From an uncultured Gemmatimonadales bacterium (GTDB lineage: Bacteria; Gemmatimonadota; Gemmatimonadetes; Longimicrobiales; RSA9), in the NCBI GenBank assembly GCA_963783305.1, contig CAWAMW010000007.1, positions 320,001-384,000 on the forward strand: 64,000 bases of DNA. Direction: 5' to 3'. Each line of letters opens with the position of its first letter. Position 1 is the stretch's first letter. This document shows positions 47,246-57,382 of this stretch, piece by piece. Below the pieces are notes generated by a model that was not told the origin of the DNA, ran no database searches, and saw nothing but the letters and a program-made list of their open reading frames with translations. Both the position numbers and the translations under genes were made by a program.

Positions 47246-48876
47246 GCGTCCTCCTCCGCCCAGTAGTCGTGGGCCTCGCGGTTCCGGAAGTCGGGGGTGA
47301 TGGTGAAGTTGTGCGGTGGTGGCGGTGAGGGTGTGAGCCATTCGAAGCCGCGGGATCGCCACGGGTTGTCGCCGCTCACTGGCCCCTTCACGAGGGAGAC
47401 GATCAGGTAGCTCAGGATGAGCGACAGCCCGGCGGCGAAGGACCAGGAGCCCACGGTGGACACGGCGTGGAGGCTCTCGAACTCGGGGGGATAGTCGTGG
47501 AGCCGGCGCGGCATGCCGGCGTTGCCGAGGAGGAACTGGGGGATGAACGTGCCGAGGAACCCCATGAAGATGAACATTGCGCCGATCTTCCCGAGCGTCT
47601 CGTTGTAGAGCCGACCGAACATCTTCGGCCACCAGTAGTGGAGTGCGGCGAGGAAGGCGGTCATGGTGGCGCCCACCATGATGAAGTGGAAGTGCGCGAC
47701 GACGAAGTAGGTGTCGTGCCAGTGGACGTCGAGGGAAGTGGAGGCGAGCGCCACACCGGTGGTCCCGCCCACGCCGAAGAGGAAGAGGAACTCGAAGAAG
47801 TAGAGCATGGGTGTGTCCAGCGAGATGGACCCACCATAGAGCGTCCCTACCCACGAGAAGACCTTGATGGCGCTGAAGATGGAGACCCACATGGAGAGGA
47901 TCCCGAACGCGGCGCCGGCCGTGACGCTCATCCCTGACACGAACATGTGGTGGCCCCACGCCATGAAGCCGATGAACGCGATCCCGAGGGACGAGATCAC
48001 GAGGCCGCGGTACGTGTACGGGTTCTTCCGGCTGAAGGCGGAGACCACCTCGCTGATGACGCCCATCCCCGGCAGGATCATGATGTAGACGGCCGGGTGG
48101 GAGTAGAACCAGAAGAGGTGCTGGTAGATGAGCGGGTCGCCGCCGGTCCCGGGATCGAAGATGCCGAGCCCCCAGAGCTGATCCAGGACCACCAGCAGCA
48201 GGGTGATCCCGAGGACGGGCGTGGCCAGCGTCTGCATGATGGCGGTGGCGTAGATGGTCCAGACGAAGATCGGCAGCTTCCCCCACGTCAGGCCGCGGGC
48301 GCGCAGCGTGTGCGTGGTCACTACCAGGTTGATGCCGGTCATGATGGTGGACACGCCGAGCACGAAGACCCCGAGCCCCACCACCGCCACGTGGGAGAGC
48401 GTGTGGGTGGAGTAGGGGGTGTAGAACGTCCAGCCCGCGTCCACGCCGCCGGCCGCCAGACCGTAGAGGACGATGAAACCGCCGAGAAGGTAGACGTACC
48501 AGCTGGCCAGGTTGAGCCGCGGGAACGCGACATCCCGTGCGCCGATCATGAGCGGCACCATGAAGTTGCCGAACGTGGTCGGGATCGACGGAATCATGAA
48601 CAGCCATACCATGATGATCCCGTGGGCGGTGAAGAAGCGGTTGTACGTGCTCGCGCCCACGATGGTCTCGCCGGGGGTGAGCAGTTCCAGGCGGAGCAGG
48701 ATGGCGAAGGTGCCGCCGAGGGCGAGCATTGCGGCCGTGGAGATCAGGTAGAGGACGCCGATCCGCTTGTGGTCGGTGGTGGTGAGCCACGACCAGAGCG
48801 TCTTCTCGACGCCGAGGTACGACGGCCCGTGCGTCGTGGCCATCCGTGCGCCATGGCGGTCCACGGGCGTGCTCAT
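47242..48876 (-). CDS. ctaD: Cytochrome c oxidase subunit I, A2 type
   Basis: TTDHKRIG, TAHG, GWTFY, WFYSHPAVY, WGHHMF, VAHFH, MPRR. Confidence 0.96.
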   Translation of the reverse strand: MSTPVDRHGARMATTHGPSYLGVEKTLWSWLTTTDHKRIGVLYLISTAAMLALGGTFAILLRLELLTPGETIVGASTYNRFFTAHGIIMVWLFMIPSIPTTFGNFMVPLMIGARDVAFPRLNLASWYVYLLGGFIVLYGLAAGGVDAGWTFYTPYSTHTLSHVAVVGLGVFVLGVSTIMTGINLVVTTHTLRARGLTWGKLPIFVWTIYATAIMQTLATPVLGITLLLVVLDQLWGLGIFDPGTGGDPLIYQHLFWFYSHPAVYIMILPGMGVISEVVSAFSRKNPYTYRGLVISSLGIAFIGFMAWGHHMFVSGMSVTAGAAFGILSMWVSIFSAIKVFSWVGTLYGGSISLDTPMLYFFEFLFLFGVGGTTGVALASTSLDVHWHDTYFVVAHFHFIMVGATMTAFLAALHYWWPKMFGRLYNETLGKIGAMFIFMGFLGTFIPQFLLGNAGMPRRLHDYPPEFESLHAVSTVGSWSFAAGLSLILSYLIVSLVKGPVSGDNPWRSRGFEWLTPSPPPPHNFTITPDFRNREAHDYWAEEDA

Positions 48877-49967
48877 GGCGTGCTCCGGAGGGAGCGGATG
48901 TACTCCACCAGCGCCGCGGCCTGCGCGGGCGTGAGCCTGCCCTGGAAACTGGGCATGATGGGATCGAACCCTTCGACGATCTTCCGCTGCGGATCCATCA
49001 TCGACTCCGTCAGATACGCGGGATCGGCCACCACGGTGTCTCCGCCGCTCAGCGGGACGCGGGCGCCGTAGAGTCCCAGCCAGGTCGGGGCCAGGTGTCG
49101 GCTGCCATCGGTGGTGTGGCAGCTGAAGCAGCCTTTTTCGGCCGCGATCGCCTGGCCGCGGCCAGGCAGCGTGAGGCGGTTGGGGCCCACCGCGGCCCCG
49201 GGCGCGATCACCCCCGGCTCGCCCGCGGAGGGCTCCTCCGCGATGTCGGGCGGGTACCCCTCGAGCCAGCGGTCAAACCGGTCGGCCGGAAGGACCACCA
49301 CCTCCGCCCACATGCGGCCATGTCCGTCGCCGCAGAACTCCGCGCACATGAGACGGTAGCGCCCCGTCTCGACGGGCTCGAACCAGATGGACGTGTAGCG
49401 GCCCGGTACCGCGTCCTGCTTGATCCGGAACGCGGGGATGAACAGCGAATGGATGACGTCCCGGGACGTGAGGATCAACCGCACCGGCCGGCCCACGGGC
49501 AGGTAGAGGGTGCCCACGGACTCCGGCCCGCCCGGATAGCTGAATTTCCACACCCACTGCCGTCCGACGGCGTAGATCTCGACGGCGTCGTCGGGCGGGT
49601 CATAGCGCTCGCGATACTGGGAGAACCCGATCATCCACCAGAGCATGAACATGCCCAGGAGCGCGAAGGCGATACCGAGCTCGAGCCACGCCGGCGCCCG
49701 GATCTCCCGCGTGCGCGGCGCCTCGCCGTCGGTGGAGCGGCGTCGGTAGCGGAGTACGAACCAGGCGCTGGCGCCGATCACCACGAAGCCGATGGCCCAG
49801 AAGACGACGAACTCGAAGTAGTGGAGCGAGTCCAGCGACCGCGCGTGGGCGGAGGCCTGGGGTGGGAGCAGAAGGAGCCTGTGGAGGAGGTTGCCCGCGG
49901 CCCCGAGGAAGTCGGAGAGCGCCGACGGGGGCTCGGCCAGCACGGCGGGGAGCGGGTGCACTGTCAT
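48873..49967 (-). CDS. ctaC: Cytochrome c oxidase subunit II with fused cytochrome c (caa3 type)
   Basis: QWVW, DVIHS, CuA motif CAEFCGDGHGRM, C-terminal CFSCH and IMPSF. Confidence 0.95.
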   Translation of the reverse strand: MTVHPLPAVLAEPPSALSDFLGAAGNLLHRLLLLPPQASAHARSLDSLHYFEFVVFWAIGFVVIGASAWFVLRYRRRSTDGEAPRTREIRAPAWLELGIAFALLGMFMLWWMIGFSQYRERYDPPDDAVEIYAVGRQWVWKFSYPGGPESVGTLYLPVGRPVRLILTSRDVIHSLFIPAFRIKQDAVPGRYTSIWFEPVETGRYRLMCAEFCGDGHGRMWAEVVVLPADRFDRWLEGYPPDIAEEPSAGEPGVIAPGAAVGPNRLTLPGRGQAIAAEKGCFSCHTTDGSRHLAPTWLGLYGARVPLSGGDTVVADPAYLTESMMDPQRKIVEGFDPIMPSFQGRLTPAQAAALVEYIRSLRSTP

Positions 49968-50350
49968 GGCGCCGCCTGCGCACCACCGCTGCCCTCGGCG
50001 ATGAGCCGCATGGCCGCGGAGATGGGGATGCGCGCGAGCCCGCTGTCGATCTCCGACCACCCGTAGGCGTCGAGTGCCCGGCGACGGCGATCGCGGGCGG
50101 TCTCGGTGCTGGAGTCCTCCTCGATGAGCGTCGTGTTGAGCCGTCCGACTCGCGGCATGTCCCTCACCTCCTCGGTGCGCGGCGGCGTCCGGTCGGTGGA
50201 GAAGGCCGCTCCGGCGCCGCCCAGGACGGTGGCCCACCAGATCGCGGCCGCGGTGAGCAGGGCCACGACCGCGACGATGGCGCCGGCGCGCCGGCCGGGC
50301 ACGCGGTCCTCCTCCTGGAACAGGCCGGGGCGGCGCGGGGACTCACTCAC
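49964..50350 (-). CDS. actG: Alternative complex III subunit G-like single-TM protein
   Basis: Single TM, C-terminal YGW....RIPI..AM motif, position after actF. Confidence 0.7.
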   Translation of the reverse strand: MSESPRRPGLFQEEDRVPGRRAGAIVAVVALLTAAAIWWATVLGGAGAAFSTDRTPPRTEEVRDMPRVGRLNTTLIEEDSSTETARDRRRRALDAYGWSEIDSGLARIPISAAMRLIAEGSGGAQAAP

Positions 50351-51557
50351 GGCGGTAGTCGATGGAGGTGGCGATGCGCGGGTCGCGCCAGGCGACCACG
50401 GAGTGGCCGGCCAGGCGCCACGCGCCGAACGCGACCGCGGGTGCGGTGACGAGGAGCAGCGCGGCGGGGTCGACCCAGTGGAGCTGGAGGTCCCGGCGGG
50501 CGAGGGCGGGGACCACGAGCCAGAACATGTCGATGTAGTGCATCAGCAGCATCCAGGCGGCGACGACGGCGAGGGATGGGCCCTGCTGCTTGAGTCGATA
50601 CGAGAGGAGCGCGGCGAACGGGAGCAGGAAGTGTCCGATCGCCAGGATGATGAGGACGACGCCCCAGCCGCCGCGGAGCCGGTCCAGGTACCAGCCCACC
50701 TCCCGGGGCAGGTCGGCGATGTAGATCAGGAATCCCTGGGAGAAGGCGATGTAGGCCCAGAAAATGGTGAACACGAGGAGGAGCCGCCCCAGGGCGTAGT
50801 AGTGGCCCTCGGCCACCTCGTCGCCGATGAGGTCGGCGCGCTGCGCACCCCATGTGAGGAGCGTGAGCGCGGCCAGGCCGCCGTACATCCCGCCCGAGAA
50901 CCAGTACACGCCGAAGATCGTGGACAGCCACGTGGGGTCGAGGGACATCAGCCAGTCGACGGCCGCGAAGGTCATGGTCACGCCCGCGGCGACGAGCCCC
51001 GGGCCGCTGAGCCGGACGGCGCGCGCGGCGGGGGCGGCGTCGGGGTCGCGGTCCTGCCGCAGCGACCATCGTCGCAGCGCCCACGCGAGGGCGGTCCAGA
51101 CGGCGAAATAGACGATCGCGCGGATGAGAAAGAACGGGACGTTCAGGTACGCCGCCTTGCGACCGATGGCCTCCAGCTCCGGCTCGGTGAACCCCACGAC
51201 CGGCGGCACCCACGGGTAAAGCCGCGCCATGCCCAGGAGCACGGGCAGGAGGAGGAGTGCGAAGAGCGGCAGGGTGGCGGCCACGGACTCGGCGAGGCGA
51301 CGGATCACGACGAACCAGCGGGCGTTGGTGGCGTGGGCGATCAGCACCATGAAGAGGGCGCCGAGGGCAATGGAGAGGCCGTACGCGTACGCGGCCAGGT
51401 AGCTGAAGAGGGCCCGCTCGGGCGCGACGATCAGGGCCAGCACGAAGACGAGGGCCGCCGCGGCGGTCACGATCAGCGCGGGGGCGATCACGCCGCGCGC
51501 GCGCCGCAGCACCCGCGGCTCCGCGGCGGGGCCGAGCTTCGAGCGCGACCGGCTCAC
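50343..51557 (-). CDS. actF: Alternative complex III subunit F
   Basis: About 10 TM; RRLAE, YLNVPFF, DWLMSLDP.W.STIFG, FWAYIAFSQ. Confidence 0.92.
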   Translation of the reverse strand: MSRSRSKLGPAAEPRVLRRARGVIAPALIVTAAAALVFVLALIVAPERALFSYLAAYAYGLSIALGALFMVLIAHATNARWFVVIRRLAESVAATLPLFALLLLPVLLGMARLYPWVPPVVGFTEPELEAIGRKAAYLNVPFFLIRAIVYFAVWTALAWALRRWSLRQDRDPDAAPAARAVRLSGPGLVAAGVTMTFAAVDWLMSLDPTWLSTIFGVYWFSGGMYGGLAALTLLTWGAQRADLIGDEVAEGHYYALGRLLLVFTIFWAYIAFSQGFLIYIADLPREVGWYLDRLRGGWGVVLIILAIGHFLLPFAALLSYRLKQQGPSLAVVAAWMLLMHYIDMFWLVVPALARRDLQLHWVDPAALLLVTAPAVAFGAWRLAGHSVVAWRDPRIATSIDYRRE

Positions 51558-52270
51558 GGGCCACCTCCGGGAACGGCGGCGCGGAACGCCCGACGGACGG
51601 AGTCGGGGAGCGCGTCGAGGTCGGCGCGCTGCGCGAGCTGGAGTGCCCGCACGTACGCGACGACCGCCCAGCGGTCGAGCACGTCGAGCTCCGCCGCGTA
51701 CGACGGCATGAGCCCGTACCCCTCCGTGATCGCGGCGAAGATGCGCCCGTCCGGGGCCTCCCGCAGCTCCTCTCGGAGCAGGGAGGGGGGCGGCCGAAGG
51801 GACATGTTCCCGGCGACCGGTGTGCGGGCCTGCCCGTCGATCCCGTGGCAGACGGCGCAGAAGATCCCGAAGCGGTCACGGCCGCGCTGGAGATCATCCA
51901 TGCCGAGTCGGAGCGGGATCCGCTGCACGAAGGGCGCGCGCTCGCGCCGCGGACCCGCGGGGCCGGCGGTGGCGGCGGGGACGAGCACGAAACTGTCCGG
52001 CCGCACGCGCCCCGTGAGCATGGCCGCATCACCGATCGCGGCGGCGCGGTGCACCGTGCCCGAAGGTGGGTGGCGCATGACCATGGAGTCGGGGAACAGC
52101 GCGGCGCCCTCGTACGCCCTGAACGACCGCTGGTCGATCATGCGTTCGAAGCTCCAGGTGACCGGCTGATCCTGCCAGTCGCACCCGGCGAGGAGGGCCG
52201 CGGCGGCGAGGGCCAGGAGCGCCGGCCGGGGTGCCGGAACGCGCCGGAAACGACGGGCGCGGGCGCTCAC
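51554..52270 (-). CDS. actE: Alternative complex III subunit E (monoheme lipoprotein)
   Basis: Lipobox LAGC, M..Q, CAVCH, GLMPSY, RWAVVAYVRALQ. Confidence 0.92.
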   Translation of the reverse strand: MSARARRFRRVPAPRPALLALAAAALLAGCDWQDQPVTWSFERMIDQRSFRAYEGAALFPDSMVMRHPPSGTVHRAAAIGDAAMLTGRVRPDSFVLVPAATAGPAGPRRERAPFVQRIPLRLGMDDLQRGRDRFGIFCAVCHGIDGQARTPVAGNMSLRPPPSLLREELREAPDGRIFAAITEGYGLMPSYAAELDVLDRWAVVAYVRALQLAQRADLDALPDSVRRAFRAAVPGGGP

Positions 52271-52863
52271 GACTCCTCCGGCCGCAGGGGCACCACGGCA
52301 TCGTCGGCCCCGAGCCCGCCGGGGACGCGCTCCACGTGGAGCGCGCCGGCGCTCCTGAGGTCGCCGGCGGTGCGCTCGAACTCGAAGAGGGGGTCGCGCT
52401 CGTCGATGCCGAGGAAGAACGCGTCGTCGTTGACGCGATCAAAGCCGGGCACGTCGAAGAGCGGCTGCCAGAGCATGGGGAGGCGCGAGCCCACGATCAC
52501 GCCGAGGAAGGCGGCGATGGAGGCGAAGAGGATGGCGGTCTCGAACGTGATCATGACGTACGACGGGAACGGGTGCATCGGCCGTCCGCCCACATTGAGC
52601 GGGAAGTCGACGGTATTGGTCCACCACTGGATCCCGTAGCCAACGGCGGCGCCGAGCAGTCCCGCCAGGAGGGTGAAGAGCGGGATCCGTCCGCGGGGCA
52701 GCGCGAGGGCATCCTCGAGCCCCTCCACCTCCCAGGGGGCGAAGCCCTCCACCAGCGTGTAGCCGTGCCCACGCATTGCCGCCGCGGCGCTCTTCACCGC
52801 CTCGGCGGACTCGAACTCTGCGAGGACGCGGATCCTCATGACGTCCGGCGCCGAGCCCCTCAT
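52267..52863 (-). CDS. actD: Alternative complex III subunit D (DUF3341)
   Basis: AEF, FPLNVGGRP, ITFETAILF, DDAFFL. Confidence 0.9.
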   Translation of the reverse strand: MRGSAPDVMRIRVLAEFESAEAVKSAAAAMRGHGYTLVEGFAPWEVEGLEDALALPRGRIPLFTLLAGLLGAAVGYGIQWWTNTVDFPLNVGGRPMHPFPSYVMITFETAILFASIAAFLGVIVGSRLPMLWQPLFDVPGFDRVNDDAFFLGIDERDPLFEFERTAGDLRSAGALHVERVPGGLGADDAVVPLRPEES

Positions 52864-54233
52864 GGCCTCGCCCACAGGTCGCGGTCGCGCTCGTGCGCCA
52901 GCTGCTTGACCTCGTGGATGGGGATCCCGGGCACGAAGCGCAGGAAGAGGAGGAACAGGAAGAGGAACGTGCTCATGGAGCCCAGGAGGAGGCTCCAGTC
53001 CACCCACGTCGGCATGTACTCGTGCCAGCTGGACGGGAGGAAGTCGCGGTCCAGGCTGGTCACCACGATGAGGAATCGCTCGATCCACATGCCCGCGAGG
53101 ACCAGCGTGGAGGCGCCAAAGAGCACGACGCGGCTGTGGCGGGCGCGTCGGCTCCAGAACACCTGGGGCACGAGCCCGTTCAGGATGACGGTCGCCCAGT
53201 ATATGACCGGCCATTCGAGGGGGCGGTGGACGAGGTAGATGAACCGCTCGACGGGGTGGCCGGAGTACCAGGCCATGAAGCTCTCCATGAGGTAGGCGTA
53301 GAGCATGAGCGAGCCCATGACCAGGAGGAGCTTGGCGATCATGTCCAGGTGGCGGCGCGTGATCATCTCCTTCCACCCCATGAGGGAGCGGATGGGGATG
53401 AGCAGCATGGCCACGAGGGCGAGGCCGGAGTGGATGGCGCCCACCACGAAGTAGGGTGGGAAGATGGTGCTGTGCCACCCTGGCAGCTGCGCGATGGCGA
53501 AGTCCATGGACACGATGGAGTGCACGGAGACCACGAGCGGTGTGGCGAGCCCGGCGAGGAGGCCGTAGCCGATCTGGTATCGGCGCCAGTCGCGGGCTGC
53601 GCCGCGCCAGCCGAGGGCGAAGATGCCGTAGATCCGCGCCCGCCGGCGGGTCGGCGCGGCGTCGCGGGCGGAGGCGAGGTCGGGGATCAGGCCCAGGTAC
53701 CAGAAGAGGAGCGAGACGATGCCGTACGTGGCGATGGCAGCGGCGTCGTAGGGGAGGGAGCTGCGGAATTGCGGCCACACGCCCATGGTCGCGGGGTAGG
53801 GCAGGAGCCAGTAGGCGAACCAGGCGCGGCCCAGGTGCAGGACGGGGAACAGCATGGCCATGGCGATGGCGAAGAGGGTCATCGCCTCGGCCACGCGGTT
53901 GATGGAGCTCCGCCACTGCTGCTCGAGGAGGAGCAGGAACGCCGAGATGAACGTGCCCGCGTGCCCCAGCCCGATCCACCAGACGAAGTTGATGATGGCG
54001 AACGCCCACGCGACGGGGATGTTGTTCCCCCATACGCCGATGCCGCTGAAGATCGTGTAAGCCATGGCGCCGACGAAGCCGAGGGCGCCCATGCCGGTCA
54101 TCAGGAAGAAGAACCGGAACGGCAGCGAGGGTTTGGACCAGAGCGGTGAGAGGACGCGCGACGTGATGTCGTGGTAGCCGAGGTCGTCGCGGAGAACGGG
54201 GTCCGGGTCGAGGGACGGGGCGTCCTGTCTCAC
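52860..54233 (-). CDS. actC: Alternative complex III subunit C (NrfD family quinol-binding)
   Basis: GIGVWG, NFVWWIGLGHAGT, HLGR, LATPLVVSVHSIVSMDF, GWHSTIFPPYF. Confidence 0.95.
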   Translation of the reverse strand: MRQDAPSLDPDPVLRDDLGYHDITSRVLSPLWSKPSLPFRFFFLMTGMGALGFVGAMAYTIFSGIGVWGNNIPVAWAFAIINFVWWIGLGHAGTFISAFLLLLEQQWRSSINRVAEAMTLFAIAMAMLFPVLHLGRAWFAYWLLPYPATMGVWPQFRSSLPYDAAAIATYGIVSLLFWYLGLIPDLASARDAAPTRRRARIYGIFALGWRGAARDWRRYQIGYGLLAGLATPLVVSVHSIVSMDFAIAQLPGWHSTIFPPYFVVGAIHSGLALVAMLLIPIRSLMGWKEMITRRHLDMIAKLLLVMGSLMLYAYLMESFMAWYSGHPVERFIYLVHRPLEWPVIYWATVILNGLVPQVFWSRRARHSRVVLFGASTLVLAGMWIERFLIVVTSLDRDFLPSSWHEYMPTWVDWSLLLGSMSTFLFLFLLFLRFVPGIPIHEVKQLAHERDRDLWARP

Positions 54234-57200
54234 AGGGGCCGTTCCTCGGCTGCCCGCGCCCGCTGGCGCTGCGCCTCGTCCAGCTCCGGGTTCGGGTTCG
54301 AGATCCGGGCCAGGTACTGCGTCCGGGGCTTCGTGCCGAGCTCGTGCAGGACGCTGTAGATCCGCGGGTGCTCGCGGCTCCGTGAGACGGCGCTGTCGGG
54401 GTCCGTGAGCGATCCAAAGACGATGGCCTCCGTGGGGCACGCCGACTGGCAGGCCGTCCGGACGGCGTCGCGGGCGAGCGGCCGGCCCTCCCGGTCCGCC
54501 TCCCGCTCCGCGCGCCGGATCCGCTGGACGCAGTACGTGCACTTCTCCATCACGCCCCGCTCCCGCACGGTCACGTCCGGGTTCAGAACCAGCGTCTCCG
54601 GCGGCTCACGGTCGTTGTTGTAGTCGAACCAGTTGAAGCGCCGCACCTTCCAGGCGCAGTTGTTGGAGCAGAAGCGCGTACCGACGCAGCGCTGGTAGAC
54701 CATTTCGTTCAGGCCGTCTTTGGAGTGGACGGTGGCGTTGACGGGACAGACATACTCGCACGGCGCTTTTTCGCAGTGCTGGCAGAGCATGGGCTGATGG
54801 ACCACGTCGGGACGATCCGGCGGTCCCGTGAGATACCGGTCGATCCTCAGCCACTGCATCTCCCGGGACTGCAGGACTCCCTGCTTTCCCACCACCGGGA
54901 TGTTGTTCTCCGCCTGGCACGCCACCACGCAGACGGAGCAGCCGGTGCAGAGCGAGAGGTCGATGGTCATCGCCCACTGCTGCTCGCCGTCGAGGCCGGG
55001 GCCTTCATAGAGCGTCTCCACCCGGCCGCGGTGGTGGCGGGTGAACTCGGGCTCGCGGCGATACTCCTCCAGCGTGTGCTCGAGGACGATCTCCCGCCCC
55101 TCCATGGACCAGTGCGTCTGCGTGCCGGCGAGCTCCCGCCGCTCGGGCCGGCCATCCCCGTCGAGGACCCGGAGCACCGTCACGCCGGACAGGAGGAAGG
55201 GCGCGTCATGGGTGCGGAGACGGTAGGCGCTCACCCCGTGGCCCAGCGCCGTTTCCTCGGCCCCCTCCCGGCCGTAGCCGAGGTGGAGGGTGACCGCATC
55301 AGGGGCGTGGCCCGGGACGGGCAGGGCCGGGATCTCGAGGGCGCGGCCACCGTCCTCCAGGCGTACCACGTCGCCTTTCTCGACCCCGAGCCGGGCCGCT
55401 GTGACCGGCGAGAGCAGCGCGGCGTTCTCCCAGGTCAGCTTCGTGATCGGGTCGGGGAGCTCCAGGAGCCAGGCGTTGTTGGCGAAGCGGCCGTCGTAGA
55501 CGCGGGGGTCCGGGCGGATCGCGATTTCCACCACGCCGGCGGGGATCGGGGCGGTGCTGGCTGGCGGGTCGGGTGGGCCGGGGACGCCGTCCCCCCGTTC
55601 CCGGGGTGAAGGGGCGGCCTTCAGTCTCTCGGCGGAGATCCGGGTCTGGCGGTGGGCCCGCTCCCGCCGCGTCCGCAGCTGTCGCGTCAGCGAGTCCGCG
55701 TCGATGGCGGGGGTCGCGCGGACGGTCGGGGTGTCGCTGCCAGCGACCACGCCCGACCGGAGCGACTCGCGCCAGAGCTCCTCGAAATCCACAGCCGGGA
55801 CCGCCAGGACCTGCCGACGCCAAACCTCGCGCACCGCCGCGTCCGCCGGGACCGACTCCGCACCCGCGAACGCCCGGAGGATGTCGTCGACGGAATGGCC
55901 GTCGTAGAGGGGGCGAATGAGCGGCTGTATCGTGGAGAGGGTGCCGTCGTAGGCGCGGGTGTCCCCCCACGCTTCCAGGTAATGGGTGGTGGGCAGGTAC
56001 CAGTCGCAGAGCGCCGCCGTCTCGTTCTCATACAGTCCTCCGCAGATCGAAGTGCGGACGCCGCGGAGGGCGGCGGCGAAGTCCAGGTCCGCGGGGGCGG
56101 TGTAGGCGGGGTTGGAGTCGAGGACGACCAGCGTGTCCACTCGCCCGGCGCCCATTTCGCCGACCAGCGGACGGAGCCCGTGGGACGTCGATCCAGCTTC
56201 GTGGATAACCGGCTCCCCCAGGGTGACGGTGCGTCCGAGATTGCCCAATCGCTCGTTGATGACGTGAACCAGGGCGTGGACTTCCGGCGGCTGATGCGGC
56301 CCCGCGATGACCACGCCCGAGCGGGCGTATTCGCGCAGGTCGCGAGCCGCATGGCGGACCCAGTCGGCGGCGTCGGGCCCGAGCCCGGGCAGCGCCGCGG
56401 ACGGGTCGAGGATCGCCGCGTGGAGCGCCACCGCGATCCACTCGATCTCTGAGCTGCGCGCGGGGAGGTGATGGTCGGCGGTGGCCGCCGTGGGGTCCAG
56501 CATGGGGGCCGCGGCGTAGAGGCGGTTCATCGCGCTCCCTGGCCCATCGGGGCGCCGCGCGAGCGCGAAATGCCGGGCGTTCCGAATCCGAGCGGGGCCT
56601 TCGGCCAGGAAGTTCGACTCCAACGCCACCACGACGCGGGCGCGGCGGAAGTCGTGCCGCGGAACCAGGGGCCGTCCGAACGCGAGTCGCGCTCCCTCCA
56701 GCTCGGCCGTGCCGCCTGTGGGCGAAAAGAAGTGGAAGCGGGCTTCCGGAAGGCGCGAACGGATCGCATCGATCCAGTGGATCCGGAAGGGAGAGCTGGT
56801 GGGCTGGAGGAGGAAGTGAAGGCCGCGCCCTCCGGAGGGGACCAGCGGGGCGGACGCTCCGTCCGGCGGACGGGGGCCGTCCGGACCCTGCACAGCCCGG
56901 ACGAAGCGCCCCCAGCTCCGCGGCTGAGCGCTCTCCAGGATCAGCCGGCCGCGGTGGGGGTCGTAGAGCTGGAGGATCGAGGCCTGCTCGAACGGCCCCA
57001 GCGCCCCAAGGCTCGAGGGGTGGTCCGGGTTGCCCTCGACCATCACCGGCCGCCCCTCCCGGCTCTGGGCCAGCAGCCCGATCCCGTACCCGTCCAGCAC
57101 CATGGTCGTGGCGTATGCCAGCGGGATGCCAGGGGTCACCTCAGGGGGGCGGTGCACGTACGGGAGCACCGTGCCCACGGGGCGCTCGCAGGCCTGAAGG

Positions 57201-57382
57201 CCGGCCAGGGCGGCCGAAGCCCCCACGATCTTCAGGAACTCCCGCCGGGTGGTCCCGTCCGGCGCCCGGTCCGCCCCCTCCGGGAACTCCGGGCTGGCGC
57301 CGGCGAACCCGGCTCGCTCTTCCAGGCTGCGCCAGTAGCGGGGCGGGTGCGGGAGGACGGGGAGCTGGCCGGATCGGGTCAT
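54230..57382 (-). CDS. actB: Alternative complex III subunit B (molybdopterin-oxidoreductase-like plus Fe-S domain)
   Basis: YWRSLEE, Tat motif RREFLK, LQAC, EGNPDHP, DGRFANNAWL.ELPDP; CTGCSVCVVAC, CQHC..APC...CP, CVGTRFCSNNC, CTYC...CQSACP. Confidence 0.95.
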   Translation of the reverse strand: MTRSGQLPVLPHPPRYWRSLEERAGFAGASPEFPEGADRAPDGTTRREFLKIVGASAALAGLQACERPVGTVLPYVHRPPEVTPGIPLAYATTMVLDGYGIGLLAQSREGRPVMVEGNPDHPSSLGALGPFEQASILQLYDPHRGRLILESAQPRSWGRFVRAVQGPDGPRPPDGASAPLVPSGGRGLHFLLQPTSSPFRIHWIDAIRSRLPEARFHFFSPTGGTAELEGARLAFGRPLVPRHDFRRARVVVALESNFLAEGPARIRNARHFALARRPDGPGSAMNRLYAAAPMLDPTAATADHHLPARSSEIEWIAVALHAAILDPSAALPGLGPDAADWVRHAARDLREYARSGVVIAGPHQPPEVHALVHVINERLGNLGRTVTLGEPVIHEAGSTSHGLRPLVGEMGAGRVDTLVVLDSNPAYTAPADLDFAAALRGVRTSICGGLYENETAALCDWYLPTTHYLEAWGDTRAYDGTLSTIQPLIRPLYDGHSVDDILRAFAGAESVPADAAVREVWRRQVLAVPAVDFEELWRESLRSGVVAGSDTPTVRATPAIDADSLTRQLRTRRERAHRQTRISAERLKAAPSPRERGDGVPGPPDPPASTAPIPAGVVEIAIRPDPRVYDGRFANNAWLLELPDPITKLTWENAALLSPVTAARLGVEKGDVVRLEDGGRALEIPALPVPGHAPDAVTLHLGYGREGAEETALGHGVSAYRLRTHDAPFLLSGVTVLRVLDGDGRPERRELAGTQTHWSMEGREIVLEHTLEEYRREPEFTRHHRGRVETLYEGPGLDGEQQWAMTIDLSLCTGCSVCVVACQAENNIPVVGKQGVLQSREMQWLRIDRYLTGPPDRPDVVHQPMLCQHCEKAPCEYVCPVNATVHSKDGLNEMVYQRCVGTRFCSNNCAWKVRRFNWFDYNNDREPPETLVLNPDVTVRERGVMEKCTYCVQRIRRAEREADREGRPLARDAVRTACQSACPTEAIVFGSLTDPDSAVSRSREHPRIYSVLHELGTKPRTQYLARISNPNPELDEAQRQRARAAEERPL